NCBI GenBank assembly: GCA_964016885.1
Contig: OZ024740.1
Span: 232,562,001 to 232,626,000 of the forward strand
Origin: Eledone cirrhosa
Taxonomy: Eukaryota
Length of the DNA stretch: 64,000 nucleotides
Direction of reading: 5' to 3'
The notes beneath the pieces were generated by a model. It ran no database searches and was not told where the DNA came from. It was given only the letters and a program-made list of their open reading frames with translations. A program made the position numbers and the translations under genes. Shown here in pieces: positions 38,890 through 53,610 of this stretch. Each line of letters opens with the position of its first letter. Within the stretch, counting starts at the first letter, position 1.

Positions 38890-41800
38890 CGGAGAAGGCT
38901 CAACTACCACCACCAACAGCAGTGGAGATCATACTCCTCCTAGAAGCCACGGAATCTGACATGGAGTATGAGGCGGGAGGGAAGTGGGAAACGGTCTGCC
39001 ACAAAAAAAAAAACAAAAGAGGAAAAACTCCTTAGCTTCACCCTCCAAAAGTGAAGGCAGACAAAGAGGGGGTAAAGACTGCAAGGAGACTTGCAGCAAC
39101 ACCCCCACCATCACCACCACAATCATCAGAACCAACAACAACCACACCACCACCAACATCACCAAAAAAACCAACATCGCAAACACAATAAAACACACAC
39201 AGCCAACAGCAACAATAATAAAATAACAATAAAATCACCCCTCCCACCAAAAAGTACAAAGCCATAAACATGGCAATTAAATAACTCTTACAACATATAA
39301 AGCAGCACACAGACATCACAGAAAAAACCTACTACACCCCACCAACACCAAGAACTCTCCCGAAAAACATAAACATTGTTGAAATCAAAATAGAACAGTA
39401 CAAACTTTTAAAACAAAAATTCCCCAACGCAGTTGGGGACTTCAGTGGGTCGGTTACCAAGAGGATATACACTGACATCCTCTTGGAAACACCCATGACC
39501 AGCCAAAGGGACGGTTTTACTCACCCTTCACCACACGATCAAGGTAATTGATCCGTTCTCAGTTACCCCGTTTCTTATCCAACATGGCCGTACTTAGAAT
39601 AGGCAGTATAAATGTACGTGGCCTGGGGTCATCTTGGAAGCAGGGTCACCTGCTCAACGGCCTCAGGTCACTAAACAGAGATGTGGTGGCCATCAGCGAG
39701 ACCAGAATCTCCGAGGCACGAGCCTTCGCACCGATCTTCGGCGGCTACGATGTATACGCATCCCCCAGCCAGATGGGACCGCCAGATTTCTTCAGACGTC
39801 TAGATAACTTTCTTGGAACGTCCCGCTCTTTAGTGTTAGTGGGCGACTGGAACGGTATCTTCGATGAACTCTGGGATTATGTGGGGCTAGTAGACAGGGC
39901 AGGAGGGTGTAAAAGCCTCAACAACCTGTTCAGACGTTTTGAATTGTCTGACAGGTATAGAATGGATTCTCCAAATGTGCCAATGTGGACATGGGCAAAC
40001 CACATCAGGTCATCCAGATTGTATTTAGATAGGGTATTCTGTAAAGAAACAGATAAGGCGTAGGTTGTCCACAATTGAAAGTAGTCGACTACACGGACCA
40101 CAAATTTCTGATCTGTGAAGTTGACTTAGATAGACTCTATAGGCATGGGCCCGGCTACTGAAAGCTGAACGCGTCGTTCCCGGCGCGCAAAGCTTACAGA
40201 GACCGGATTAGCGAATTAGTTAAGCGTGCGTTGACGGGTGCGATCGGCAACAACTGGTGGTGGTTTACCCCGAAAAGGGCTATTAGAGTACAATCGATAA
40301 GGTTTAGCAAAGGAGTAGTGATAGAGGAAAATAGAGTAGAGGGAGAGTTAGATAGAAAGCTAGAAGAGGCGTTTAGGATAGGCATCGCAACCGACGTGCT
40401 TGCGGCGATATTGGCACTCCACCAATTCTTCAACGCAAAGCATGAAGGCTGCGTTGTCAGAGCTAGAGCGGGTGCTCTAAGACACGAGTGGACGAAGGCC
40501 GTTCAATGGGCCCGGGTGGTGGAGGCGCGACGTGGCACAAGTCCACAAATCAGTCTTTGCCTGATCAAAACGGGCGCATGCTGCTCGAACCCGAGCAGAT
40601 GTGTGCGGCTTTTCAACAGCACTTTGTACAATTATTCGGGAGCGGCGGCGGGAAAAATCGGAGTATGGATTTCGGTGCATACCTCGACGGACTGCCGCGG
40701 CTTTGATAACAGCTGGTGAAATACGGGAAGCGATGTCTGACTGCACGAGGGGTAAATCGCCAGGTTTGGATGGCCTGCCCTACGAGCTTTATGCGTATAT
40801 GCCAGAATTGTTCGGCGACCTCTTGGCAGACGTCTACTGCAACTGGCAGCAGAACGGGAGCATTCCCAGTTTTGTGAGCCGGGGAGCGGTGGTGCTGCTG
40901 AGAAAAGACCTGAACAATGGGGACTTTTTAGACAACTTCAGGCCCATAACTCTGCTAAACACAGAGTTTAAGACTTTGGCCAAGGGGTTAGCAAAGAGAT
41001 TGGCACTTGTCGTCGGTTATCTGGTGGGAGAGGCGCAGATGCGCCATTCCGGACAGATCCATCCATGACAACCTCCATCTCATGCGATACATAATAGAGA
41101 GGGTGGTTAAGGAACCTGGCACGGGTGGGGCCCATCAACTTGGATCAGTCTAAAGCATTTGGTAGGGTCGACCATCGGTACCTTTCTGCGGACCTCGAAG
41201 TGGGCGGCTTTGGGCCCGTTGTTAGGGGCTGGATCGCTACGATGCACAGCGACATCTGCTCGATTGTGAGGGTGAATGGTCACCTGTCGCATCCTTTCAG
41301 CATCATGCGCTCGGTCTACCAGGGTTTCCCCCTTTCGTCCCTCTTGTACGTACTGGCCCTCGAGCACTTATTGCACAAATTGAAGACAGGAGATCCGTGT
41401 CAGCTTACGCCGACGACGTCACCGTGATAGTGTTGAGCACAAAACACGTCCAGATGCTCGGCAGCACTCTCAAGGAATACGAAGCGGTGACAGGAGCAAA
41501 GATAAACCAGAAAAAGTCGCTGGGCTTGCAACTCGGCACCTGGAGAGGCAAGTCCATGCCATCCGACAACGTCGTGGGGCGCTGGACGGAAGGACCGGTT
41601 AAATTGCTCGGGGTCTGGTTCGGTCCGGACCTCCAGATGGAGAAAAACTGGAGCTAGGTGACGAGCAGGGGGGGGGGGGGGCTCTCTCACCCAGTAATGG
41701 GCCGAGAGGAGGCTGTCTCTGAAAGGTCGGGCAGAGGTGGCGAATGCGTACATAGCGTCGGTCATCTGCTACCGCCTGACCGTCGTACCTTGCCCCTGCC

Positions 41801-43043
41801 CAACTCTGACCAAAATGGAGCGCCTTCTCCTCCGCTTTTTGTGGAAGTGACGTGCTCCTTGATCAGACGAATCATTTGCTGTCAACACCCGTTGCATGGT
41901 ACTAGGGATGCCGTGGCTGATGATGCGCAAACATGCGCTGAGACTGCGAGATCTCTGGTGCTTCCTTGACGGTGAACAGGTGTGGTCGCCGTTTGCCGGA
42001 CGCGCTTTTCCCCAGCTCGTCTTCTTGACGGAGCTGCAGTCCTGGATCAGGAAAGGACCGAGGGATAACACTTGGAAGCTGGAATGTCTCCAAGCGCTCA
42101 CCGCCCTCTACAGCTGGGCACTAGTATTGGTGGAACATCTACCTCGACGTTCCACAGAGGGTTAGTGTAGGGAAAGAGCGACGACGTTCTCGGAAAGACC
42201 CTGGGCGTCGAATACGATCAGCTGTTCACCCTCTTCAAGAGAACTTTCAGACCGGGGCCTATGGACAACTTCCAGAAATCCCTGGCCTGGCAGTGCTACC
42301 GGGGAGCGTTGCCGGCTCGGGATAAGCTCTACAGGCACGGACGTGCTGTCAGCCGAGCCTGTCCGAGATGCGCGCAGAGTAACGAAACTGTCCTGCACGC
42401 TCTCGTTCAGTGCCCGAGGATTGCTGACTTGTGGAGCTATGTCGAACAGCTGCTGTGGCGTATAGGACGGATCCGGTTATCGACTGAGTCCATTGTACAG
42501 ATAGCTCCGCCATCCTCCTTTAAAGAAGAGGAAGGGCAGGCAGTTTTTATCTGCCTGGTGGCCATGGCGAAAGAGATTGTGTGGTGGACAAAGTTGAAAG
42601 CGCTGAAGACGGACACTTTCCTCTTCGGCCAAACCCTGATTAACTTTTTCAAGTTTCACTTGAAGAGGAAAATCAGGGTGGAGAGGCAAGTGCTGTCTGC
42701 TAGTAAGTTTGTTGAAAGGTGGGTGAAAGTGGCGAGTCTGGTCTGAGTGAACGGGCCCGCTCTGAGTATGCGCCTGTAGACTGAGGATTTGGAAAATTGT
42801 GAGAGGGCGCTTGCCCTGGTGGTCAGGATGGCTGTGACATCTGTGTGAGGTTTTCGCCACGAGTGACCCTCGGAGGTTTCCCCCTTTTTGGGGAATTTTT
42901 GTTGTTTGAATATTTTTGATTTCTATCCCGATTTTGTTATAACCTGCTTACACGACCAAAACCCACTTTGTATCGTCCTGTACTGTTTACTGTGCCGTCT
43001 CTAATGTTTTTCTTCGTGTTAGCCCTTGTGGCCAATAAAGAAA
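38890..43043 (+). mobile_element. Tx1/L1-clade LINE, ORF1 remnant through 3' end, decayed
   Basis: Low-complexity ORF1 remnant, ORF2 at 39584-42778, 3' UTR ending gcccttgtggccaataaagaaa. Confidence 0.9.
39584..42778 (+). pseudogene. LINE ORF2 (APE endonuclease, RT, zinc knuckle), frameshifted
   Basis: MAVLRIGSINVRGL, GDWN, KSPGLDGLPYELY, FRPITLLNTEFK, LDQSKAF, QGFPLS, YADD, CPRC..ETVLHALVQC. Confidence 0.92.
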
Positions 43044-43046
43044 CCA

Positions 43047-43812
43047 TTATTATTATTATTATTGTTTTTATTTTCTTTCATTATTGTTTCTGAGATATAT
43101 GCCGAGTGTCCTTCTGACACCTAAGGCAAATACATTCAGTGTGCATTGGTAAGCCAGTTAATACAGCACATTGATTATAATAAAAAACACACAAAAAAAA
43201 CAAAAAAAATACAGTATACATATATACACATATGCATATGCATATGTAAATACAAGGAGGGATATCAATTTTACAGAGACAGTGCTCTTCTCAATACATA
43301 TGCAGTACCAGTCAAAACAATTTTTTGCACTTCGACCAGAGAGGGTAAACCAGGAATCATTCGCAAATATTGTTCTGTTCCTTTCTTGATTATTCCCAGT
43401 CCTCCCACAATCACTGAGGTGTCACATTTTCTCAATTTCAATAAGCAGATCTTTATATTTTCGTAGCTTGCCAAATTCTTTTGCCGCGATATTGTGATCA
43501 CATGGGATGCTCATATCTATCAATATACAGACCTTGTTATGTTGATCTTTTACAATGATGTCAGGTCTATTTGCTTTTATGGTCCTGTCAGTATGTACAG
43601 GAAAGTCCCAGAGAATTGTTACCTTTTCTCCTTCAGTTACAGCCTCAGGGTGATGATTGTACCACTTGTCTTCAGCTTTGATTTTGTAATGCCGACATAT
43701 TACTCAGTGTAGATATTGGCCAACTCTGTCATGTCTATATTTGTATTCTATTGGTGCTAAAACTTTACATCCAGAGACTAAGTGATCCACTGTTTCAACC
43801 CCAGCATTGCAT
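43047..43812 (-). mobile_element. R4/Dong-like non-LTR 3' fragment (CCHC plus restriction-like endonuclease)
   Basis: CNAGVETVDHLVSGC...RHDRVG, ILWDFPVHTDRTIKANRPDIIV, KLRKYKDL, VGGLGII. Its 3' end runs into (TAA)n at 43047-43063. Confidence 0.8.
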
Positions 43813-44669
43813 AAATATATATATGTATATTCAATTTTTTTTCATTTGTGATATGGACCAGATCTGTTTGATATTTGTGAGGCGTAGAAATGACTTGTCT
43901 TTAATAAATATTTGGCATTTTGAACTATAAAATCAACAACAATACTGGTCTACCAGTGGAATGGCTATTTGGTGTCTTCACAATTATTTCCACCAATGGA
44001 AAATAAATATAATATTTTGAGTTAGAGATACAAATGCTTAATTCAAGCCAAACACTTTTAGCGTAGGAAACCAACTACGATGAAAATCAAAGTAGATGGA
44101 CATGGCGAAATACCATAATGCATTTTTTATTGCGATTCTACTAATAAAGTGTTGTTATTTAACAAGATGTAATGAAATGTTACACAACCAATATATACAG
44201 ACGATTCCTTGTCTTTCGGTATGCTATTCAAATACATTTCCAATTCGTGTAAATCGGAGCACAGATTACAGAGATATGGGGTTTTTCCGGGTACCTTCAT
44301 AAACAGAGAGCGAGAGAAAGATAGAGAGAAAGAGATAGTGGTTGTGAGAGAGTAGATTGAAAGAGAGACATACAGAGAGGGAGAGGAAACAGTGAAGGAG
44401 AATGGAAGAGAGAGAGAGAAAGAGAGATAGAGAGAGCTGGTGGCGTTGTGTATATATATATGTGAGTGTGTGTGTCTATATGTGTGTGTGTACGTGTGTG
44501 TGTCTATGACCAGTGCATAGAGATCACTATATATATACATACACACATGCATATACGTATATATATATTTGTATACAAACACACATTTATATATATATAT
44601 ACATACACACACACATATATATATATGGACCTTCCAGTTTCATTTTACATTATATACATGTCTGTGTAT

Positions 44670-45313
44670 ACTACCAATCACCCAGACAACTTGGTGTTGC
44701 TTCGCAATATTAATATTCTATTATAATATACGGCTCGGAAATATCTCTTTCTTAGAGCTATTTTGTTGTAAGAGACTATTTTGAGTTCCTAACTCAATAT
44801 ATACCTTTGATACATTCGGCTCCGTTAATTTTTTGAGCTATTTCAAATGTCGAATAAACCTGGCTGCTATTTTTAGTGGTGTAAGTTTGTGAGATACTCT
44901 AAGATACCATGTGCATTGTTATATATAGCACACTATTCAGTGTTTTAATATATTTAGAAGTGTCTAGGATACTAATTCATCACCCACTGATGAGCATGAA
45001 TTGGTAATTCTATTCACAATTAATATTGCGAAACAACACCAAGTTGTCTGGGTGATTGGTAGTTACCACAATTCCGGTTTGTATTTATTTTCTTGATTTT
45101 TTCTTCAATTGAGACAAGCAAACCCAATTGTCTATAGTTAGTATCTTTTCACCTTAGCGAACCTGGTCCCTTATGATTTGAACACATATATCTATATGTC
45201 TGTGTTTATCTCTCTTTTATATTCAATTATAATATACGGCTCGAAAATATCTCTTTCTTAGAGCTATTTTGTTGTAAGAGACTATTTTGAGTTCCTACCT
45301 CAGTATGTACCTT

Positions 45314-45318
<5 letters not shown>
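44670..45318 (+). mobile_element. 506-bp-period terminally redundant hammerhead element with inverted 5' fragment
   Basis: ttataatatacggctcg.aaatatctct...gagttccta at 44721 and 45227. 44670-44716 is an inverted copy of the ribozyme 3' half. Confidence 0.75.
44979..45056 (+). ncRNA. Canonical type I hammerhead (GUC cleavage after 45048)
   Basis: atcaccca CTGATGA gca ... tgc GAAA caac accaa gttg TC tgggtgat. Confidence 0.9.
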
Positions 45319-45392
<74 letters not shown>

Positions 45393-45399
45393 CACGTTT

Positions 45400-45990
45400 A
45401 TTCTCATATTTACACGTATTTCTTTCCCCGCTGTGACCCGTCTATTTCGTTCTCACTGCTTCCTCTTTCTCTGTATCTTTACCCTCTCTAGCAGTCACCC
45501 TCTCTAGCAGTCACCCTCTCTAGCAGTCACCCTCTTCCTCACCCTTCACTCACTCATTCTCTGTTACTACCTCTCCTCCTCCTCCTTCTTCCCGTTTGGT
45601 CAGGCAGGTCGCTTTTTTTCTCTCTCTCGTCTACGATTTCACAGAACTTACGTTCACCGAATTCACAGACTAGATCCCTTCTTCCTCCCGTTAGACCTGT
45701 ACGGAATTCCTTCCTTGCTCACATTCCAACCAGGTTTGATGGTCTTTATTCTCTCTTGTTCACGATTTCACCGAATTTATATTCATGGAAATTTGGGACT
45801 TGACTCCTTCTTCCTCACTTTTCGTTGCTTCACCATCTTTGTTTGTTTACACTCTCGTGTCCCCTTTATTTACGTGTCCCAACGACTTTTTTTAGCCGTT
45901 GCTCGCACCAACCGGAGGTATATGGTCTTTAAAGCGATGAAATACCAATGATGGTTGGAAGATCACTGATGAAGGACTAACTTTATTCAT
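45400..45990 (+). mobile_element. Dispersed repeat (Penelope 3'-end-like), pyrimidine-rich
   Basis: Inverse of 25245-25548. Internal 17-bp tandem caccctctctagcagt. Flanked by (TA)n. Confidence 0.55.
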
Positions 45991-46529
45991 ATATATATAT
46001 ATATATATTCAAAATGTGAAAAGAGGTAAAGCTAGCGAGATAAGAATATCTACTTTCTGTTTAGTAAAGGATATCGTAAATTAAGAGAACTCGGTTCATC
46101 AAGGGATTTTCTCAAAAGAGAGATCTTCAAGTGACCCCTACGTATGATCTTTTTCGAAAAAGAAAAAAATGACACATCGCAGGCACAGATGGCTTAATAG
46201 GGAGTAATCAATGGACAGTCGGTATGTACGAAAGATTGCTAGAAATAGCTCACCTTCCAGCCTAGTTTTACTCGACCACAGGAGAAAAGAGGACAAATTA
46301 TCAAAGTTATATATGTAAGCATAAATATTCATATAAAAGGTATCCGACAGCTACAATGTTAAATCAGAGCGTTATATATTCAAAGTATGAAGGTACGGAC
46401 TTGTTCCATATTGATTTAGTAATAGAAACCCACACACCAAAATGTTTCTGTACCAGACTTGCTAAATCCTCCATGAAACGTTTTTTTCTGTCACATATAC
46501 ACGCACAAAAATGCACATATTACATATCC

Positions 46530-46560
<31 letters not shown>

Positions 46561-47259
46561 AAGATATATATATATATATACCACACAATAAAGTTCCTTG
46601 CATTTTTTAGTGGTCAGGTTTAAATTTTTTTTTTTTTTCGAGGAAATTGTTAGAAAAAGATTTTTTAAAATATGTTTATGGCTGACAAAATTATGATTTA
46701 ATCTTCAGGTGCTTAAAGAAGCTTGAAACGCAGGTAATCTTTCACATGTGTTGCATGAACATGGCGTTTTCTTTTTGTCTTTCGCTGCAGCATATACAGA
46801 AAGGAATTTAAGTCAATCGCTTGGCTTAAAAGCTATGTTCGTGCAATCCATGTATAAGAAAGAGGGCAAGGGTTAGCAATTCTCGAAACTGAGATGCAGC
46901 CATTACTTTTGTATGTAATTTATGTATGTATGTATGTATGTATGTTCTTCTGGTTTTATAATTTAACAAATTTTCGCCAACAGAGACACAAGTCTCTCAT
47001 TGAAATTTACACAACATCAACTAGGTAGATATGTATGCATGTCTGCAGGCATGCATGTGTAGATATGGATGTTATTATATGTGTGGATGTGTATGTTTTG
47101 AGTTGTATGTGTGCATGTGTATATGCTTTGTATCTGTACATGTGTATATGCAGTTATTAGATGCATAATTTTTGGAATGTTTTACATATTTTTATTCTTC
47201 CATTAAATGATTGTACTTGTAATTTCCTATGAATGTATGCATGTATGCATGTATGCATC

Positions 47260-47706
47260 GTGGGCAACCCCACCAAGCTTGCTTGGTGAGGAGTCTGATA
47301 TCTGGACATCCTGCGAGATGAAATACAAGACCCGGCAAAGAGCGGAGAAACTCAGCAGAGTCAACAGCCATCCAAATATTACTTTTTTTTTTTTTACCTA
47401 GTAGTGAAAGGCCCCCAGTTGTTGTCACAGCACCTTTCTAGAATATGGAAGCTCTGAAAAAAACTGCGGCTTTGGAGGCATCCGATGATGTTGACCAGTT
47501 CTCCTTTTCGGGTAGAGTTTTCGATGCTCAGAGAGTGGGATTGGTCGAGTGCAACGCCTTTCCCCACTTAAAGAACCTTCAAAGCACAGGCATTGCTTGT
47601 TCAGGATCTGTTACAGGTTTGTGTGGCTGGCCGTAGCCTAAAAGTGCACCAAACTCTATAATCTGACAAGCGATTACAGTACTCTTAGCAGAGTTTGCAG
47701 CCATCA
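47260..47706 (+). mobile_element. Diverged relative of the RTE-related short element
   Basis: ggcaaccccaccaag..tggtgaggag..tggacatcctgc ... gcacaggcattgctt ... gcagccatcat. Confidence 0.55.
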
Positions 47707-47779
47707 TGTATGTATGCATGTATGTGTGTATGTATGTATGTATATTTGTATGTATGTACGTTTCTCTTTTTCTTAATTT

Positions 47780-48255
47780 CGAGTACAGTTTTGACCGACC
47801 ACCTTCCTTGTGGCAAGGTTGTGAAAGAAAGAAATTGTCATCCCTTGGATCGCAAGAATGTTTTGCAAATGTTGATGGTGCCAGCTATAGCAGTCATTTG
47901 TAGTCTATGAATTAGGGAGCTGCGCTCTTTATCCACAAATCCAAGTTCAGTTATAATTTGGTCAAAGTGGGTGGTATATAACCTCTAGCTCCAATAATGA
48001 TGGGTATGAAGCTGAAGGTGTATCTTAGATACTGGATCTGCAAACTCCTCATCAATGGTCCGTAGATGTCATCATTCTCTTGTATCTTTCTTACAACGTT
48101 GACATCAAGTAGACAGCTGATCTCTGCAACAGAGCACATTTTTAATGTGCTGTACCAAACAACCACATCAAGCCGGTTCTGCTTTAATTTGGTCGCAGTT
48201 TTTGTTTTCAGCTTCCACCAGTATTCTTTAGTGCCATCTATCTCAACATATGCCT
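47780..48255 (-). mobile_element. Restriction-like endonuclease non-LTR fragment
   Basis: QNRLDVVVW...EISC...K...Y..L...FIPIIIGARGYIP. Confidence 0.65.
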
Positions 48256-48419
48256 CCTCATTTATGTATGTTTGTATGTATGTATGCATGTATGCATGTA
48301 TGTATGTATGTATGTATGTATGTATGTATGTATGTATGTATGTATGTATGTATGTATGTCAGGTCACCAGTTGGTGCTACTGGTAACATGTATCCTAGTA
48401 CAACCTGTCTCATGGTCGG

Positions 48420-48966
48420 GTCGTTGGCGACTAAACTGGCAACCCCACCAAGGTTTCTTGGTGAGGAGGGTGACTTTGGACATCCTGCAGGACTAAAAAC
48501 AAAACCTGTCAAAGGGCAAATGAGCTCTTAAGAGTCAATGGCCATCCCAAATCACCGGGAGAGATGACCCCTCAGCCTTTGTCAAGGCAGAATTCTAGGA
48601 GAAGGAAAACTCTGATATAACACCTGCAACCCTGATGGTATCCAATGATGTTGACTTGTTCTTCTTTTTGGTAAATATCATCTTGGTTAAGAGAGTGGGA
48701 CTGGCTTTGTGCAGTGCCTTTGCTCACTATAAAAGCTTCACGGCACAGGCATTGCTTTATATCTGGAGATCTCTCTGCACTTGTCGTCACATGGTACCAT
48801 GGGCCCAGTACTATGTGTCAATAATTGTCACAAGTGTAGTGTTTGTACCAGAGTTTTCAAGTCGCTGGCTGGACTAAAAAGTCACATTCGTTCAGCGCAT
48901 CGGTAGGGGTTCTCCTACATGGATATAAAGTAGTGGCCGTACTCGAAAACGAGTTGGCAGCCACCA
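48420..48966 (+). mobile_element. Short RTE/BovB-related non-autonomous element
   Basis: Near-identical to 27079-27621 and may extend 5' to ~48360. Flanked by (TATG)n. Confidence 0.7.
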
Positions 48967-49420
48967 TGTATGTATGTATGTATATAAATGTATATGCACT
49001 GGTCTACAAGCCCGGTGCTGCCTATGTTCTGTCGATTTATATTCGGAAGAAAAGCGGTTCGGCGAGTAGAGATCTAAAAGGGGCCATTCTGAAATAAATC
49101 TTTACCTCGATATGGCGAAGATAATAATGATGTTGCTGGTGGTGGTGGTGGTGGGGGTAAAGATGGTGGTAATGATGATGATAATAATATAGATAGTAAT
49201 CACGACGACAACGGTGACAGTGAAAAGGAGGATCAAAATGCAGTAGATGGTGACGATAATCGCACTTATGATGATGCTGATGCTGTCTGAAAGTTGACGA
49301 CAACAACAACTATGTTGATAATAAAGAAAAGGTTTAGATATTGTTTGTTGTAGTAATAGTGTGAGGGCATGATGAAACTCATTGTTTATTTATAAACTTC
49401 AGTTTGATGTTTTCTGTTGT

Positions 49421-49624
49421 TCATAATGGCTCAAAGGATAATAATGATAATGGCAAAGACGGTGTTGGTGGTGGTAGTGGTGGTGGTGGTGGTGGTGGTG
49501 GTGGTGGTAGTGCTGATGCTGCTGCTGCTGCTGGTGTTGTTGGTGGTGGTAGTGGTGGCGGTGGTGGTGGCGGTGGTGGTGGTGGTTGTGGTGGTGGTTG
49601 TGGTGGTGGTGGTGGTGGTGGTGG

Positions 49625-49655
<31 letters not shown>

Positions 49656-50259
49656 GTTGTTGGTGGTGGTAGTGCTGATGCTGATGCTGCTGCTGGTGTT
49701 GTCGGTGGTGGTGGTGGCCGTATTGGTGGCGGTGGTGGCGGTGGTGGTGGTCTTGGTGGTGGTGGTGGTGGTGCTCTTGGTGGTAGAGTTGTTGTTGTTG
49801 GTGGTGGTGGTCTTGGCGGTGGTGGTGGTGCTCTTGGTGGTAGAGTTGTTGTTGTTGGTGGTGGCGGTGGTGGTGGTGGTGGTGGTGGTGGTGGTGGTGG
49901 TAGTGCTGATGCTGATGCTGCTGCTGGTGTTGTCGGTGGTGGTGGTGGCCGTATTGGTGGCGGTGGTGGCGGTGGTGGTGGTCTTGGTGGTGGTGGTGGT
50001 GGTGCTCTTGGTGGTAGAGTTGTTGTTGTTGGTGGTGGTGGTCTTGGCGGTGGTGGTGGTGCTCTTGGTGGTAGAGTTGTTGTTGTTGGTGGTGGCGGTG
50101 GTGGTGGTGGTGGTGGTGGTGGTGGCGGTGGTAGTGCTGATGCTGATGCTGCTGCTGCAGGTGTTGTCGGTGGTGGTGGCCGTATTGGTGGCGGTGGTGG
50201 CGGTGGTGGTGGTCTTGGTGTTGGTGGTGGCGGTGGTGGTGGTGCTCTTGGTGGTAGAG

Positions 50260-50291
<32 letters not shown>

Positions 50292-50407
50292 GGTTGTGGT
50301 GGTGGTGGTGGTGGTTGTGGTGGTGGTGAGGTGGTGGTCTTGGTGGTGGTGGTGGTGGTCGTCGTGGTCGTCGTGGTCGTCGTGGTCGTCGTCGTCGTCG
50401 TCGTGCG
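49421..50407 (-). CDS. Candidate terminal exon encoding a Pro/Thr-rich repetitive protein
   Basis: Acceptor-like ttctttgctgcag immediately upstream. Open frame with a higher-order repeat (TTTTLPPRAPPPPPRPPP / IRPPPPTTPAAASASAL). TGA stop, then AATAAA at 49385-49390. Confidence 0.4.
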
Positions 50408-50612
50408 CTGCAGCAAAGAATTAATGGTATAGACAACCCCGTCTTTCCCTCTTTCCTCCCCGCACACATATACTAATTCTATCACTACAAATGATGTAGT
50501 TTCTTATCACCGTCATCTTTCGCTGTCTCCAAAGGAATCGACACATTCACTGTCAACCAAGCACTGGAAAGATAACATTCAGCCATAATCTTCCCCTCTC
50601 CCAGAAAACCTC

Positions 50613-50654
<42 letters not shown>

Positions 50655-50749
50655 TTATTATTACTCAAATTCATTTTGTAACATAATGCCTGTCTCTAAT
50701 TTCACGAAATTCTCACCGAATTTCATCTACTGGACCCAGACGCAATTTC

Positions 50750-52450
<1,701 letters not shown>

Positions 52451-52672
52451 AGATTCAGGACCCGGACGGCTGAGCTCCGGCCGTTTCAACATCTAGAGTT
52501 CAGATCTAGCTGTCGAAAAGGCTGGAGCTCAGCCGTCGGGGTCATGACCCTTATCCTATTACCCACTCAACTACCCTAAATATCGAGGACCTCTGGTGCA
52601 TTATGGTCCTCCTGGTACCTTCCTACACCTTCTTTGTTTTATATATATATATATATGTATATATACACACAC

Positions 52673-52797
<125 letters not shown>

Positions 52798-53255
52798 CAG
52801 GTGGAGGAGTGAATATGCACATTTTTTTCTCTCCCCAATTTATATATATATAAATATGCATGTGTATTTGTTGTATGTGTGTGTGTGGGAGTATGTGTGT
52901 GTGTGCATATGTGTATATATACATACACATACATATATATTTCTATATGAAATGCGAGCGTCCTAACGCAGGAACGACTGTAATACTTATGATAGTAGAC
53001 AAATAGCTAGATATATGCAAATGAAATTATTTAATCACAGTAATTTCACAGCCGCTCATTAGTTAGTTGATGCCATAATTTTCTAACTATATTTTTTAGT
53101 AAATAGGGAGGATGCCCTTTATATATGTTACTTAAAGAAACCACTATATGTACCCCGCGGTACATCTAAACCTTTCGAGGGATAATGTGATATAGAAGTA
53201 TTAAGCCGGTCCTAGTCGTTCATTAGGGAGACACGTATTAATCCTAGCAGTACAG

Positions 53256-53360
53256 CCGAGGTTAACTTTGCCTTTCATCCTTACGGGGTCGATAAAATAA
53301 AGTACCAGTAATGTACTGGGTAATTTGCTGGCCTTGTGCCAAAAAGTAGAAACAATTATT
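53256..53360 (+). mobile_element. SINE, 5'-truncated
   Basis: Core and tail of the main SINE family. Confidence 0.8.
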
Positions 53361-53491
53361 TCATTTAGGTGAAATGTTTGCTCGTTGGCATTGCGCAAAA
53401 CTATAATAAACACACACAGGCACACACACACACTCATGTATATATCTATGTCTCTCTCGCAATTTCTTCTTCCCTCCTTCTCTATGTGTCT

Positions 53492-53537
<46 letters not shown>

Positions 53538-53550
53538 ACACACACACACA

Positions 53551-53610
<60 letters not shown>

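Noticed and set aside
45960-45990. Hammerhead at gatca CTGATGA agga (also 25255-25270 minus)
   Set aside because: No GAAA, stem III or UH half could be found, so it is not called.
49399-50469. His-rich and Val-rich ORFs
   Set aside because: They are alternative frames of the same GGT/ACC repeat with no independent support.
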